Origin: Myxococcota bacterium
GTDB lineage: Bacteria; Myxococcota_A; UBA796
Direction of reading: 5' to 3'
Assembly: GCA_047621685.1 (NCBI GenBank)
Contig: JBLHNG010000003.1
Coordinates: forward strand, 1 to 58,029
Length of the DNA: 58,029 nt
Numbering within the stretch: position 1 is the stretch's first letter; each line of letters starts with the position of its first letter. This document shows positions 38,008 through 46,591 of the stretch, one piece after another. The position numbers and the translations under genes were made by a program. The notes below the pieces were generated by a model. That model ran no database searches and was not told the DNA's origin. It saw only the letters and a program-made list of their open reading frames with translations.

Positions 38008-38445
38008 ATGTCCAGTACCGCATGGCGCTACTTCGTCCCCTACCAGCCCGACTATCAGGCCGCTCTCGACGCCCTGCGCGCAAAGACCTTCACGCAGGGG
38101 GCCTACCTCCAGCCCTGGACCGAGCGCGGGCTCCCGCCAGTGCCGCCTCCCCAGACCATCGACGAGGCCCTCCAGCGCTGCGGTCCGGAGGGCAGCCACT
38201 CCATCCTCGACATCGTGGCGTTCTCGCTCATCCCGGGGCCTGGGCTGGCCTGCCTCGTGCCACCGGGGGAGCAGATGCGCATCTACGGCACGACGACCCC
38301 CACTCACGAGGACATCTCCGATCACCGCTTCGCCCTGGTCCACACCCTCGACTTCGGACATGCGCGTATTCTCACGGTTTACGACGAGGAGCAGCAGCCT
38401 GTTCGGCTCTACCTGGAGGGACTCACTGGAGCGGAGGAGCTGTGA
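38008..38445 (+). CDS. hypothetical protein (145 aa)
   Basis: High GC3 and no recognisable motifs (MSSTAWRYFVPYQPDYQAALDALRAK...). Bracketed by the family C inverted repeats. Confidence 0.6.
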   Translation: MSSTAWRYFVPYQPDYQAALDALRAKTFTQGAYLQPWTERGLPPVPPPQTIDEALQRCGPEGSHSILDIVAFSLIPGPGLACLVPPGEQMRIYGTTTPTHEDISDHRFALVHTLDFGHARILTVYDEEQQPVRLYLEGLTGAEEL

Positions 38446-38460
38446 GGCTGCGTCCTGCCG

Positions 38461-38570
38461 CCCCCTTCTGACGGACAGTCTGTGTGAGAGGATGTCAGCG
38501 CGTAGCGGGGGGGTTGGGGGTGAAGCCCCCGTCTCAGACAAAGAGCACCAGTCAAGCGGGATAACTGTCC
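38461..38570 (-). repeat. family C repeat, right copy (inverted)
   Basis: See 37690-37800. It begins 27 nt after the stop of the converging CHAT gene and is in the sense orientation relative to that gene. Confidence 0.85.
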
Positions 38571-38596
38571 ACCGCGATGACGGGTGCCCGCATTCC

Positions 38597-40888
38597 TCAA
38601 GGCACCATCAGCCGAAACATCCCCATGTCCTCCGCCAGCACCGCCGCCCGCCAGGAACCAACCGGGTCCGCAGGGTCCGCATACAGACGCTCCATCAGCG
38701 CACGGCTGTCAGCATCATCGACCGGAATCGTCGCGGCAATGACCGCCTCCCCGCCAGCCAGCAGAAACGCCTGAGCCAGCCCGAGACTCTCCACCGCAAC
38801 CGGGGGAGAGGCTGCACCATCGCAGGTCGAGAGGACAACGGTCTGCGGTGCGCGAGACAGGGTCAGCAAATCACCGACGGTCAGCCGACCGCCGCCGTTG
38901 ACCAGGAACGCGCTGTCGGTCACGATGTTCTCGCGCTCACCATGCCCGGCATAGTGCAGCATCGCGGTGTCTTCCAGCAGCAACAGCAGCGACCTGCGGG
39001 TGACATCGCTGCCCGAGAGCGGGCGCACGACCCTGCCCGCCCGGGTCAGCGCGCCAGTAACCAACGCGGCCTCCGCCCGTGCCCCGGGCAGGTTGAGCCG
39101 GGGATCACTGACGACTGCCGCAGTGTTCTCGATCGGGCGCGGGGGTCGTGGCGGCAGATCGAGGCTATAGCGGACAAGATGATGGGCCAGCAGCGGGCGC
39201 CCCTGGAGCGGGAGCATGTGCAGGTCGATGCGCCTCAGCGTGCCATGTGGCAGCAGCGTGATCACCTCGGCGGATGCGATCTGCTCGGCAAACGGCACCA
39301 GCAGCGCCTCGGCGAGGATCTCTGGAGGAGCGTTGAGGTCGACGGAGGGAATCCGGGCAGTGGTCAGTCCCTCCGAGCTGGCCGCGATCCCCACCCAGTC
39401 CGACCCCAGTGAGAACCACGTCAGCAGCAGCTCGCCGGGATCCGGAGAACGAAGCGAGGCCTCGGGGAGGATGTGCGGGGTGCCAGCATCGAGGGCCTGG
39501 CGGGCAAGCTCCTCCTGCCGACGACGCAGGATCGTCAGGACACGGTTCTGCTCACTGGTGGCCGACCAGTCTCCGGGGGTCACCGCCTCCCGGGCGACGC
39601 GGTAGTCGCGTGCCGCCGACAGCCACCGCTCCCGATCTTCCACGGAGAACCGCTCGGTGAGCAGCCCCTGGAGGAGGAGGAGCCGAGCGGTCCGGATCAC
39701 CACGAGAGCGTCTTCAGGCCGATCGTCCGCCAGCAGCAGGGTCACCAGCAGCCGGTCGGCGGGCAGTCCCCGACTCAAGAAACGATCCCGGCCGTTGTGG
39801 AGTGGGACCAGGAGGCTGTGCTCCAGCAGGACCGCGCGGGCCTCCTTGAGCACCGCGATGGCCTCCGCATGCTGCCCCAGCGACGCCAGGATCTCTCCCT
39901 GGGCCACCAGCGCCTGCCAGCGATGACGCGGAGAGGCCGCACCCGTCGATGCGATCACCCCTTCCATCGCCGAGAGCGCCTCGCCGAGCTGGCCGCGGTG
40001 CTGGTGAAGGCGCCCACGCAGATACGCCGCCCACAGCGTCTCGTCGTGGCGTTCTGGTGCGGCGCTGTTGAGGGCCGACTCCAGGGCATCCAGGTCGCCG
40101 AACTCAAGCGCATCGCGGGCTTGAGTGAGGTGTGTGCGAGAGATCGAGGGACAGTCGATCACTCCCGACAGCTCGATCTCCACCCCGCTCAGCTCAGCGG
40201 CCTCCACCAGCACCCAGCCCCGAGACTCCTCTGCCGCACAGCCATCCTCCGACCGGAGGATCCGGCGCGCCTCCCGGTGGCGGCCCACCGCCGCGAGCTG
40301 CTCCGCCAGCCGAAGCGACACCGGAGTGTTTACGCTGTAAATCATCCGGCCTGAAAGCTGGTTCGCATGACGATAGTGCCTCATCGCGGCCCGATGGTCC
40401 CCCCGGTAGCCCGCCAGATCCCCACGACGGAGCTGGAGCTGCCAGGCAGAGGTCAGATCGCCCGGGAGCCGATCGGTGATGCGCTGGAGGTGTGCTTCCG
40501 CAGTCCCCACATCCCCGTCCGCGATCGCGGCATCGACCTCGGAGAGCCCGGCGAGCACCTGCTGCCGTGTGTCGGTCGTCCCGGTCGTCTTCCCCAGCAG
40601 AAGCCGGCCGATCCGACCGTTGTTGTCCTCGATGACCAGTGTCTCTGCGCCAGACGGCACCGCGACATCCAGCAGCACCCCGCCCCCCTCGATCTGCGAC
40701 ATCGCGCCGACCGGCTGGCCGTCCACCATCACCGACAGCGGCGGCAGGGCCTCGACCCACAGGCGCACCGGCGTGCTCCCCGGCAGACACCGCGGCCCGG
40801 TCGTCACCGCCACACAGCCGTCGAACATCAACGGCAGCGTCGGTGGGTCGGGGGTCTGCATGCAGCTGAGCAGGACGAAGAAGATCAT
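38597..40888 (-). CDS. TPR-like repeat + CHAT (caspase-like) protease domain lipoprotein
   Basis: ATG 40888 overlaps the upstream stop (ATGA). Lipobox MIFFVLLSC. The C-terminal dyad context is LHYAGHGE and VVLSTCDGA. Confidence 0.85.
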   Translation of the reverse strand: MIFFVLLSCMQTPDPPTLPLMFDGCVAVTTGPRCLPGSTPVRLWVEALPPLSVMVDGQPVGAMSQIEGGGVLLDVAVPSGAETLVIEDNNGRIGRLLLGKTTGTTDTRQQVLAGLSEVDAAIADGDVGTAEAHLQRITDRLPGDLTSAWQLQLRRGDLAGYRGDHRAAMRHYRHANQLSGRMIYSVNTPVSLRLAEQLAAVGRHREARRILRSEDGCAAEESRGWVLVEAAELSGVEIELSGVIDCPSISRTHLTQARDALEFGDLDALESALNSAAPERHDETLWAAYLRGRLHQHRGQLGEALSAMEGVIASTGAASPRHRWQALVAQGEILASLGQHAEAIAVLKEARAVLLEHSLLVPLHNGRDRFLSRGLPADRLLVTLLLADDRPEDALVVIRTARLLLLQGLLTERFSVEDRERWLSAARDYRVAREAVTPGDWSATSEQNRVLTILRRRQEELARQALDAGTPHILPEASLRSPDPGELLLTWFSLGSDWVGIAASSEGLTTARIPSVDLNAPPEILAEALLVPFAEQIASAEVITLLPHGTLRRIDLHMLPLQGRPLLAHHLVRYSLDLPPRPPRPIENTAAVVSDPRLNLPGARAEAALVTGALTRAGRVVRPLSGSDVTRRSLLLLLEDTAMLHYAGHGERENIVTDSAFLVNGGGRLTVGDLLTLSRAPQTVVLSTCDGAASPPVAVESLGLAQAFLLAGGEAVIAATIPVDDADSRALMERLYADPADPVGSWRAAVLAEDMGMFRLMVP

Positions 40889-41646
40889 CGCTCGGAGATG
40901 ATGACCTCGCGCTTCCAGAAGGTCCACTGCGGCGGGGGCTCCTCTGCTGCTGCGTCCAGGGTGTCTTCGGAGAAGGTCGCGTGCCACCCCCGGATCGGGA
41001 TCGCGCGCTCCAGGGTGCTGACGGGCCCCGCCGGTCCGACTCCGATCAGCAGGGTGTGGGGCCCAGAGGCCAACGCCAGGTCCTCACCGACGATGCCCCC
41101 CAGTCGGTGTGCGCCGTTGCTGGAGGAAACGTCCAGGTCCATCGGCGCCCACCCATCCGGGCCACGGGTGAACACCACGACCTGTGTGGAGCTGTCGGGC
41201 TGGGTGCGGGGTCGGAGGATGAGGCGCATCCGGGAGCCGATCGAGTAGGCCATGACCTCGTCTGGATCGGAGTCGCTCAGGGAGCGCTCGGGCAGATCAC
41301 CGGGGCGGGCGATCAGCCGATAGACCGGCGGCTCTGCGGACGGCGTGCTGGCGACATACCCGAGCCGCACCACCATCACTGCCGCCATCACTGCCACCAG
41401 ACGCGGCAGCCAGGGCCACCACCGACGGCGCGGTTTCTGCGGCACCCGAGGGGGTGGAATCACGGCCAGCTCTGCACGAATCCGACGTGCAAAGCCAGAT
41501 CCGAGGGGAGCCAGGGCGATCGCAGCAGCCGGGTCCGACTCCGCGAGCGCCGCTGCCTCCTCCGCGCTCAGCTCCCCGGCAGCCAGCTGATCCCAGCGGG
41601 CGTCGAGGTGCTCCATGTCGATCTCATCATCCAGGTCTCGTTTCAT
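40885..41646 (-). CDS. single-pass membrane anti-sigma-factor-like protein
   Basis: Lies 3 nt downstream of the sigma gene. It has a short acidic cytoplasmic N-terminus, the TM segment WWPWLPRLVAVMAAVMVV, and a roughly 150-aa extracytoplasmic domain. Confidence 0.6.
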   Translation of the reverse strand: MKRDLDDEIDMEHLDARWDQLAAGELSAEEAAALAESDPAAAIALAPLGSGFARRIRAELAVIPPPRVPQKPRRRWWPWLPRLVAVMAAVMVVRLGYVASTPSAEPPVYRLIARPGDLPERSLSDSDPDEVMAYSIGSRMRLILRPRTQPDSSTQVVVFTRGPDGWAPMDLDVSSSNGAHRLGGIVGEDLALASGPHTLLIGVGPAGPVSTLERAIPIRGWHATFSEDTLDAAAEEPPPQWTFWKREVIISER

Positions 41647-41649
41647 GCC

Positions 41650-42327
41650 TCACCCTGCCTCGGCCCGAAGCCGCATCAGTTCCTGCCTCAATGCCTCGAC
41701 CAGTCGGCGACGCCACTGGTAGATCGCCGCCGCGCTGCGACCGGTCTGCTCCTCGATGGCCGACACCGGGAGCCCCTCCAGAAACAGCAGCCGCATCATC
41801 TCTGTGCCCAGCGGATTCTGGACCGACCCCACTGCCGCAAAGCACCGCATCAGCAGGTCTCGGCGGATCAGGGCGTCCTCCAGTCCCATCTCACTCGCCG
41901 TCTGGGCCAGGATCTCCCCGGACAGCAGCGTCTCGGTCTTCCAGCGCTGCCGCAGCAGGGAGATCGTGCGCCGCCGGGCCACCACGCCGATGAAGCCGAC
42001 CAGCGGAACCCCGTGGCGGCTCGACCAGGTCCGGAGGATCCGGCAGTCGTCCTCGAACAGCGACAGGCTGATCTCCTGCACCAGGTCCTCGACCTCCATC
42101 CGGAGGTTGTGTCGGACCGACGCTGGGCCATGGCGAAGCACCGCTCGGGCGACCCGGGCGTGGATCACCGGCAGCAGGCAGATCACCAGACGCTCCCTTG
42201 CGATGGTGTCGCCGCGAAGCGTCTCGACCAGGAGCTGCTCAGGGGTGTTGGACATCACCGCCTTCGTTGTAGGGGAGGCCTCAGCCGTCGGCCCGGCCCA
42301 GGCAAACAGCGCCCGGAGCGTGCTCAT
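41650..42327 (-). CDS. ECF-type RNA polymerase sigma factor
   Basis: ATG 42327 overlaps the upstream stop (ATGA). Region 2 DLVQEISLSLFED and region 4 LLFLEGLPVSAIEEQTGRSAAAIYQWRRR. Confidence 0.8.
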   Translation of the reverse strand: MSTLRALFAWAGPTAEASPTTKAVMSNTPEQLLVETLRGDTIARERLVICLLPVIHARVARAVLRHGPASVRHNLRMEVEDLVQEISLSLFEDDCRILRTWSSRHGVPLVGFIGVVARRRTISLLRQRWKTETLLSGEILAQTASEMGLEDALIRRDLLMRCFAAVGSVQNPLGTEMMRLLFLEGLPVSAIEEQTGRSAAAIYQWRRRLVEALRQELMRLRAEAG

Positions 42328-42626
42328 GGCTCGAACCGATAGCCCACACCATAGACGGTCTGGAGGTGATGGGGGTGGCGAGGATCCGTCTCCAGCTTGC
42401 GCCGAAGTCGCTGAATGGTGGCGTATACCGTTCGTGATTGCGTCCCCGGCAGGTAGCCCCACACCTCCTCAAGCAGCTCAGCCTGGCTGAACAGCTCCCC
42501 GGGATGCCGCGCAAACCACTGCATCAGCCGGTGCTCGGTCCGGGTCAGCCGGAGGATCTGATCCGCGCGGCGGATCTCACGCCGCCTCAAGTCGATCTCC
42601 GCATCATCCAGGGCAATCACATCCAC
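42324..42626 (-). CDS. stand-alone OmpR/PhoB-type winged-helix DNA-binding domain protein
   Basis: LTRTEHRLMQWFARHPGELFSQAELLEEVWG...TVYATIQRLRRKL...LQTVYGVGYRF. No receiver domain. GTG start with AGGAGG 6 nt upstream. Confidence 0.8.
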   Translation of the reverse strand: MDVIALDDAEIDLRRREIRRADQILRLTRTEHRLMQWFARHPGELFSQAELLEEVWGYLPGTQSRTVYATIQRLRRKLETDPRHPHHLQTVYGVGYRFEP

Positions 42627-42698
42627 ACCTGACCTCCTGGCAACCCCTTCGCCAGCAGGACCGGTTTTCTGACAATCGTCTCTGAGAAAGTTGAGCGA

Positions 42699-44159
42699 CT
42701 ACAGATCACACCCGGTGAGAAGCGCGGGATCACGGGTCACCACGATCGGGGTGGCTTTCACCTCCAGGTGCTCAGCATCCTGGGTGGTGACCTCACCAGA
42801 GGCGCCGTCCATGACCCACAGCGTGCCGGAGAGCTGAGGGGAGAAGTCGATGGTGGCTGTGTGGACCCGATCCGACCACAGCAGGTAGACCGGTCCGAGC
42901 GCCTCTCCGACCGCCATCTCACCGGGGAAGCCCAGCTCATCGAGCGGCTCGCGGGTGATCGCCCGACCGCTCAGCGCCACGCCATTCACCCCGTCAGCCG
43001 GCGCGATGGTTCGGCGATACTCAGTGTCCTTCAGCCCGCAGATGACCCCCTCAAGGGCATAGGGCAGGTCCACATCGTCGCCCGCCAGCCAGCCGTCCCA
43101 GTCAAACGAGAACGCGACCTCTCCGGGGTGAGCCGCCTCCCATGTCTCAAAGCGCTCCAGCACCAGGGAGTCGGTGGCCGGCTCAGCGAGACCATCGAGG
43201 CGGGTCAAGGCGCCCAGCTCCCGGATCAGGCTCTCCACCGGGAGGCGGTTGGCTGCGTTGAGGTCGAGGTGGGTCATGACGCCGAACTGCCAGACGATCT
43301 CGTCGGACCCACTGAGCGCCTGCTGCCGACGCTCGGCCTCCAGCACCAGCAGGTGGCGGCGGATCTGATCCGGGGCGGAGTAGATCGCGTGGTGTCCCTG
43401 CGGGGGTTCCTGGGAGATCTGCCCCAGCGCGCTGGTGGTGATCGACTGCCCCTCGGGATCCGAGCCGGTGTAGGTCCCGGCCGCGCGGCGATAGGGGGTG
43501 AGCGGCTTGATGTTCCAGGGGGTGTACGACAGGCGCTCCCCGAGGTTGTGGCTGACCTCGATGCCGTACTCCACCTCCAGCGCATCCAGGAGGGCAAGCT
43601 GCGCGGGGGTGTCGATCCCGGTCGCGGCGTCCACTCGGAGCGGTGCCTGCCCGACAGCGGCCTCGAACGCGGCGACATGATCTGCCCAGGTCTGCCGCAC
43701 CCAGGACTCGCTCGCCTCATTCGCTTCGTACTCCAGCCAGCCGCTCCCACCCGGCTCCAGCAGGAAGCGGTGAAAATGAACCGACAGCTCGTGGCCGGTG
43801 TCGAGCAGGTCGTGGAGGTGGGCGGTGTCGTCGTATCGAATGGCGTCGAGGGCATACTCGCCGTTGATCTGCACGCTGAGGAGCATGCCCTCGGACTCCG
43901 CCAGCTCGGCCAACCAGAGCAGCTCGGTCTGGTGAGCGTCGTAGCGTTCTTCCCTCCGCGCCTCGACCTCGTCACCGGTCGTGTCGAGGCCGTAGTTGTG
44001 ACCATGCACACTGATCGTCAGCAGGATGGGCTCCGCAGACCACTCCTGCTCCTCAACCTCCAGCTCCGAGCAACCAGAGACAAACATCAAGCCAGGGACG
44101 AGCATTTTGATCACCAACCACCTCCTGAGTTGAAGGTTAGTCGGGGTTGTCCGCGTCAT
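42699..44159 (-). CDS. lipoprotein, unknown function (possibly a deacetylase/GH57-like metal-dependent fold)
   Basis: Lipobox GLMFVSGC. His-rich motifs ISVHGHNYG and SVHFH. The functional guess is weak. Confidence 0.65.
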   Translation of the reverse strand: MTRTTPTNLQLRRWLVIKMLVPGLMFVSGCSELEVEEQEWSAEPILLTISVHGHNYGLDTTGDEVEARREERYDAHQTELLWLAELAESEGMLLSVQINGEYALDAIRYDDTAHLHDLLDTGHELSVHFHRFLLEPGGSGWLEYEANEASESWVRQTWADHVAAFEAAVGQAPLRVDAATGIDTPAQLALLDALEVEYGIEVSHNLGERLSYTPWNIKPLTPYRRAAGTYTGSDPEGQSITTSALGQISQEPPQGHHAIYSAPDQIRRHLLVLEAERRQQALSGSDEIVWQFGVMTHLDLNAANRLPVESLIRELGALTRLDGLAEPATDSLVLERFETWEAAHPGEVAFSFDWDGWLAGDDVDLPYALEGVICGLKDTEYRRTIAPADGVNGVALSGRAITREPLDELGFPGEMAVGEALGPVYLLWSDRVHTATIDFSPQLSGTLWVMDGASGEVTTQDAEHLEVKATPIVVTRDPALLTGCDL

Positions 44160-44378
44160 TTTCGAAAGGAATCACACAAGAATTCGACAGAATGTTCTCT
44201 GAAACGATGCCGCTTCGCCGAAGGCGTTGCAAGCCGTTTCAGGGATCGCCAATCCAAAGAATCATTGTATAATCACAACTTGTGGGCTGCTGCTGCCCTG
44301 ATTCTTGCTCTTTTTGAGCCTTGCCAGACGGGCTTCTGGCACCTCTAAAGTAGACCGCTCCCAACCCCGGGCCTCCCC

Positions 44379-44771
44379 ATGCTCCTCCTCCTCGCCTGCT
44401 TCACCAGGACCGACCCACCGACCGAGCATGCCTCCACCCATCCCGATGCCAACAGCCGCCCCCAGCTCTCCAAGATGATGATGCTCACCGGCGACCTCAA
44501 GGCGCAGCTCTGCGACCTGCCATGCAGCGGTCCCTTCACCGACCTCCAGATCTGGCGCGACGGAGACGCCGGTCCGCTCGCCCTCATCACCCACACCGGC
44601 GACCTGGAGGCCTGCTCCCATCCACCGACAACCTGGCTGGACACCCGGGGCGAGGTCCGGCTCGTCCAGGAGTCGCGCCCAGTGGGTCCGGCAGAAGCGG
44701 AGGCGCTGGCGGAGGAACGCAGCGCCCTGACGACAGGGCTCATCAAGGCGGAGCGCCTGTCCTGTGATTAG
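44379..44771 (+). CDS. small lipoprotein, unknown function
   Basis: Lipobox MLLLLAC. 130 aa with good GC3. Confidence 0.6.
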   Translation: MLLLLACFTRTDPPTEHASTHPDANSRPQLSKMMMLTGDLKAQLCDLPCSGPFTDLQIWRDGDAGPLALITHTGDLEACSHPPTTWLDTRGEVRLVQESRPVGPAEAEALAEERSALTTGLIKAERLSCD

Positions 44772-44780
44772 GCTCACCGG

Positions 44781-45500
44781 GTGCCGTTCACCCTCGCCCA
44801 TCCCGCTGCGATCCTGCCGCTGCGCTGGCTGCTTCCCGGGCTGCCTCTGGTCGGCCTGATCATCGGCGCGATGGTGCCGGACGTGCTGTACTTCATCGCC
44901 CTTCGCCCCACCGGCACCCTCGGACACACCCTGCCCGGAGTGCTGCTCCAGGGCGTGCCCGCCGGGCTGATCCTCGCTGGGCTGTGGTGCAACCTCATGC
45001 ACGCCCCGATGGTTCGCCTCCTGCCGGCCCCGCTCGCTACCCGCGTCCCGCCGCCGACTCCGCTCCGACTCCCGGGGGTGCCGAAGATGGCGGTCGCGAT
45101 CGCGCTGGGGGCCTGCACGCACCTGCTGTGGGACGGCTTCACCCACCGCACCGGCTTCGCGGTGGCTCGATGGCCGGTGCTCACAGAGACGGTGGGGCCG
45201 CTGCCGCTCTACAGCCTGCTCCAGCACGGCTGCGGGGTGCTCGGGCTGCTGGTCCTCGCCGGGGTGGCCGGACTCGGCCTGTCTCGCCAGCCGGTCCGCT
45301 CCGTGAGCCCACATCCCCGTCGAGGCATGCTCGGGGTCGGGCTCATCCTCGGCAGCCTCGGCATGACGGTCTGGGCGGCGGCTGGTGTTGATGGGGTGAA
45401 TGCGATCATCGTGCGCGGGGTCATCGGGGCAGTCAGCGGACTCTACCTCGCCGCCCTCCTGACTTCGGTGTGGATCAGGCTCACCACACCGAAGGGGTGA
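44781..45500 (+). CDS. DUF4184 family membrane protein
   Basis: N-terminal PFTLAHPAAILPL, and HLLWDGFTH later. GTG start. Confidence 0.75.
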   Translation: MPFTLAHPAAILPLRWLLPGLPLVGLIIGAMVPDVLYFIALRPTGTLGHTLPGVLLQGVPAGLILAGLWCNLMHAPMVRLLPAPLATRVPPPTPLRLPGVPKMAVAIALGACTHLLWDGFTHRTGFAVARWPVLTETVGPLPLYSLLQHGCGVLGLLVLAGVAGLGLSRQPVRSVSPHPRRGMLGVGLILGSLGMTVWAAAGVDGVNAIIVRGVIGAVSGLYLAALLTSVWIRLTTPKG

Positions 45501-45502
45501 AG

Positions 45503-45613
45503 CTCAGCAGCAGCCGCAGAACGAACACAGCCCGGTCGCTTCTGCAGCCAGGGCCAGCCCGGGAACCACAAGCATTCCGCCGATTGCAACACGTCGAATC
45601 CAGTTCTTAATCA
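45503..45613 (-). CDS. 36-aa secreted Cys-rich peptide (not in the ORF track)
   Basis: My own translation gives MIKNWIRRVAIGGMLVVPGLALAAEATGLCSFCGCC. The ATG is preceded by AAGGAGA with 6-nt spacing. Signal-peptide-like N-terminus with ALA-AE. Confidence 0.5.
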
Positions 45614-45707
45614 TCACGCTCTCCTTCGAGCCGGTTTGTGGGTGGCTCGGAGGGGATAGGCGCGTCGACCATAAAGCGTGACAGCGAGTCTGCGAATCAG
45701 ACCAGCA

Positions 45708-46583
45708 CTACTTCGGCGGCACGCTGTTCGCTTCCATCCACTCCAGCAGCGCCTCGGAGAGCCCTTCAGACCAACCGTGCCCCTGGAGGTCCATGACCCA
45801 GTCCGTGAACGTGACGGTGTGACCTTCCTCTTCGAGGATCTCAGCCGTCTCGACAGACAGGCTGTAGTCGACGACCTGATCGTCTGGATCGTGGGCGAGG
45901 TAGATGGGCAGCTTCCGGACGGGTGCCGGATCGGGGTAGTCGAAGCGACTGCCCAGTCCGCCGCTGGAGACGATGCCCATGGCGGTAAACCGGTCCGGTG
46001 CGGTGACCCCCAGCCACATCCCGACGAAGCCCCCTGCGGAGTTGCCCACCCACCAGGTCCGCCCCTCGTCGAGGTCCAGGCTCTCCCACAGGGTGTCGAT
46101 GAGCGGCTCGATCCAGTCGGCGTCGTCGTAGGACCAGCTGTGAAGCTCCTGGCCGCCCTCGATCACCCCGGGTGCCACGAAGACGTAGCCCTCAGCGATG
46201 GCGAGGTGGTGGAGGCTGGTGCCGGTCGGGTCGGACCAGTCCTCAAAGAAGTTACCGGGACTCTGCCCGCCATGCCCCCACAGCAGCAGCGGTGCACAGG
46301 CAGGCAGCCCCTCCGGCACCCGAACCCAGACCGGCACGCCGTCCTGCTCAATGAAGTGGTCGCCCGCAGCCAGCCCGCTCCCGCCGGTGCAGGAAGAGGC
46401 GGTGTCGGTGGTGTCGGTGGTGTCGGTGGTGTCGGTGGTGTCAGTATCAGCGGTGTCTGTGTCGGCGGTGTCGGCGATGTCAGTATCCGCAGTGTCCGTA
46501 GCGGTGTCGTTGTCGACCTCGCCGGTGCCAGTGCAGCCGAGGATGAGTGCGGTCAGGGTGAGCATTGGGCCTCCTGACCGCAC
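45708..46583 (-). CDS. esterase lipoprotein (alpha/beta hydrolase, PHB-depolymerase/feruloyl-esterase-like)
   Basis: Lipobox LTALILGC, a (T/A-D)n linker, and nucleophile elbow GNSAGG. The start may be the ATG at 46565. Confidence 0.8.
   Translation of the reverse strand: MRSGGPMLTLTALILGCTGTGEVDNDTATDTADTDIADTADTDTADTDTTDTTDTTDTTDTASSCTGGSGLAAGDHFIEQDGVPVWVRVPEGLPACAPLLLWGHGGQSPGNFFEDWSDPTGTSLHHLAIAEGYVFVAPGVIEGGQELHSWSYDDADWIEPLIDTLWESLDLDEGRTWWVGNSAGGFVGMWLGVTAPDRFTAMGIVSSGGLGSRFDYPDPAPVRKLPIYLAHDPDDQVVDYSLSVETAEILEEEGHTVTFTDWVMDLQGHGWSEGLSEALLEWMEANSVPPK
46401..46515. repeat. 6/12-nt tandem repeat encoding (D-T/A)n
   Basis: (ggtgtc)n on the plus strand, inside the esterase gene. Confidence 0.85.
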
Positions 46584-46591
46584 GATAACCG

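Noticed and set aside
38360-40354. Plus-strand ORFs 38360..39412 and 39473..40354 across the CHAT gene. The same applies to 47763..49160, 52479..53798, 54308..55495, 16939..18054 and 42768..44348 across other minus-strand genes.
   Set aside because: All are antisense to genes with recognisable domains or lipoprotein signals, and all have shadow-ORF composition.
44268-44273. Perfect TATAAT hexamer in the AT-richer divergent intergenic region upstream of 44379
   Set aside because: No convincing -35 element lies at 16-18 nt spacing. A single hexamer is not enough to call a promoter. I searched for ECF-type GGAAC/CGT motifs upstream of the sigma operons and found none I could support.
44262-45314. 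350-aa minus-strand ORF across 44379..44771 and 44781..45500
   Set aside because: It overlaps two plus-strand genes that have a lipobox and the DUF4184 signature, and its sequence is Arg/Gly/Pro/Glu-rich shadow.
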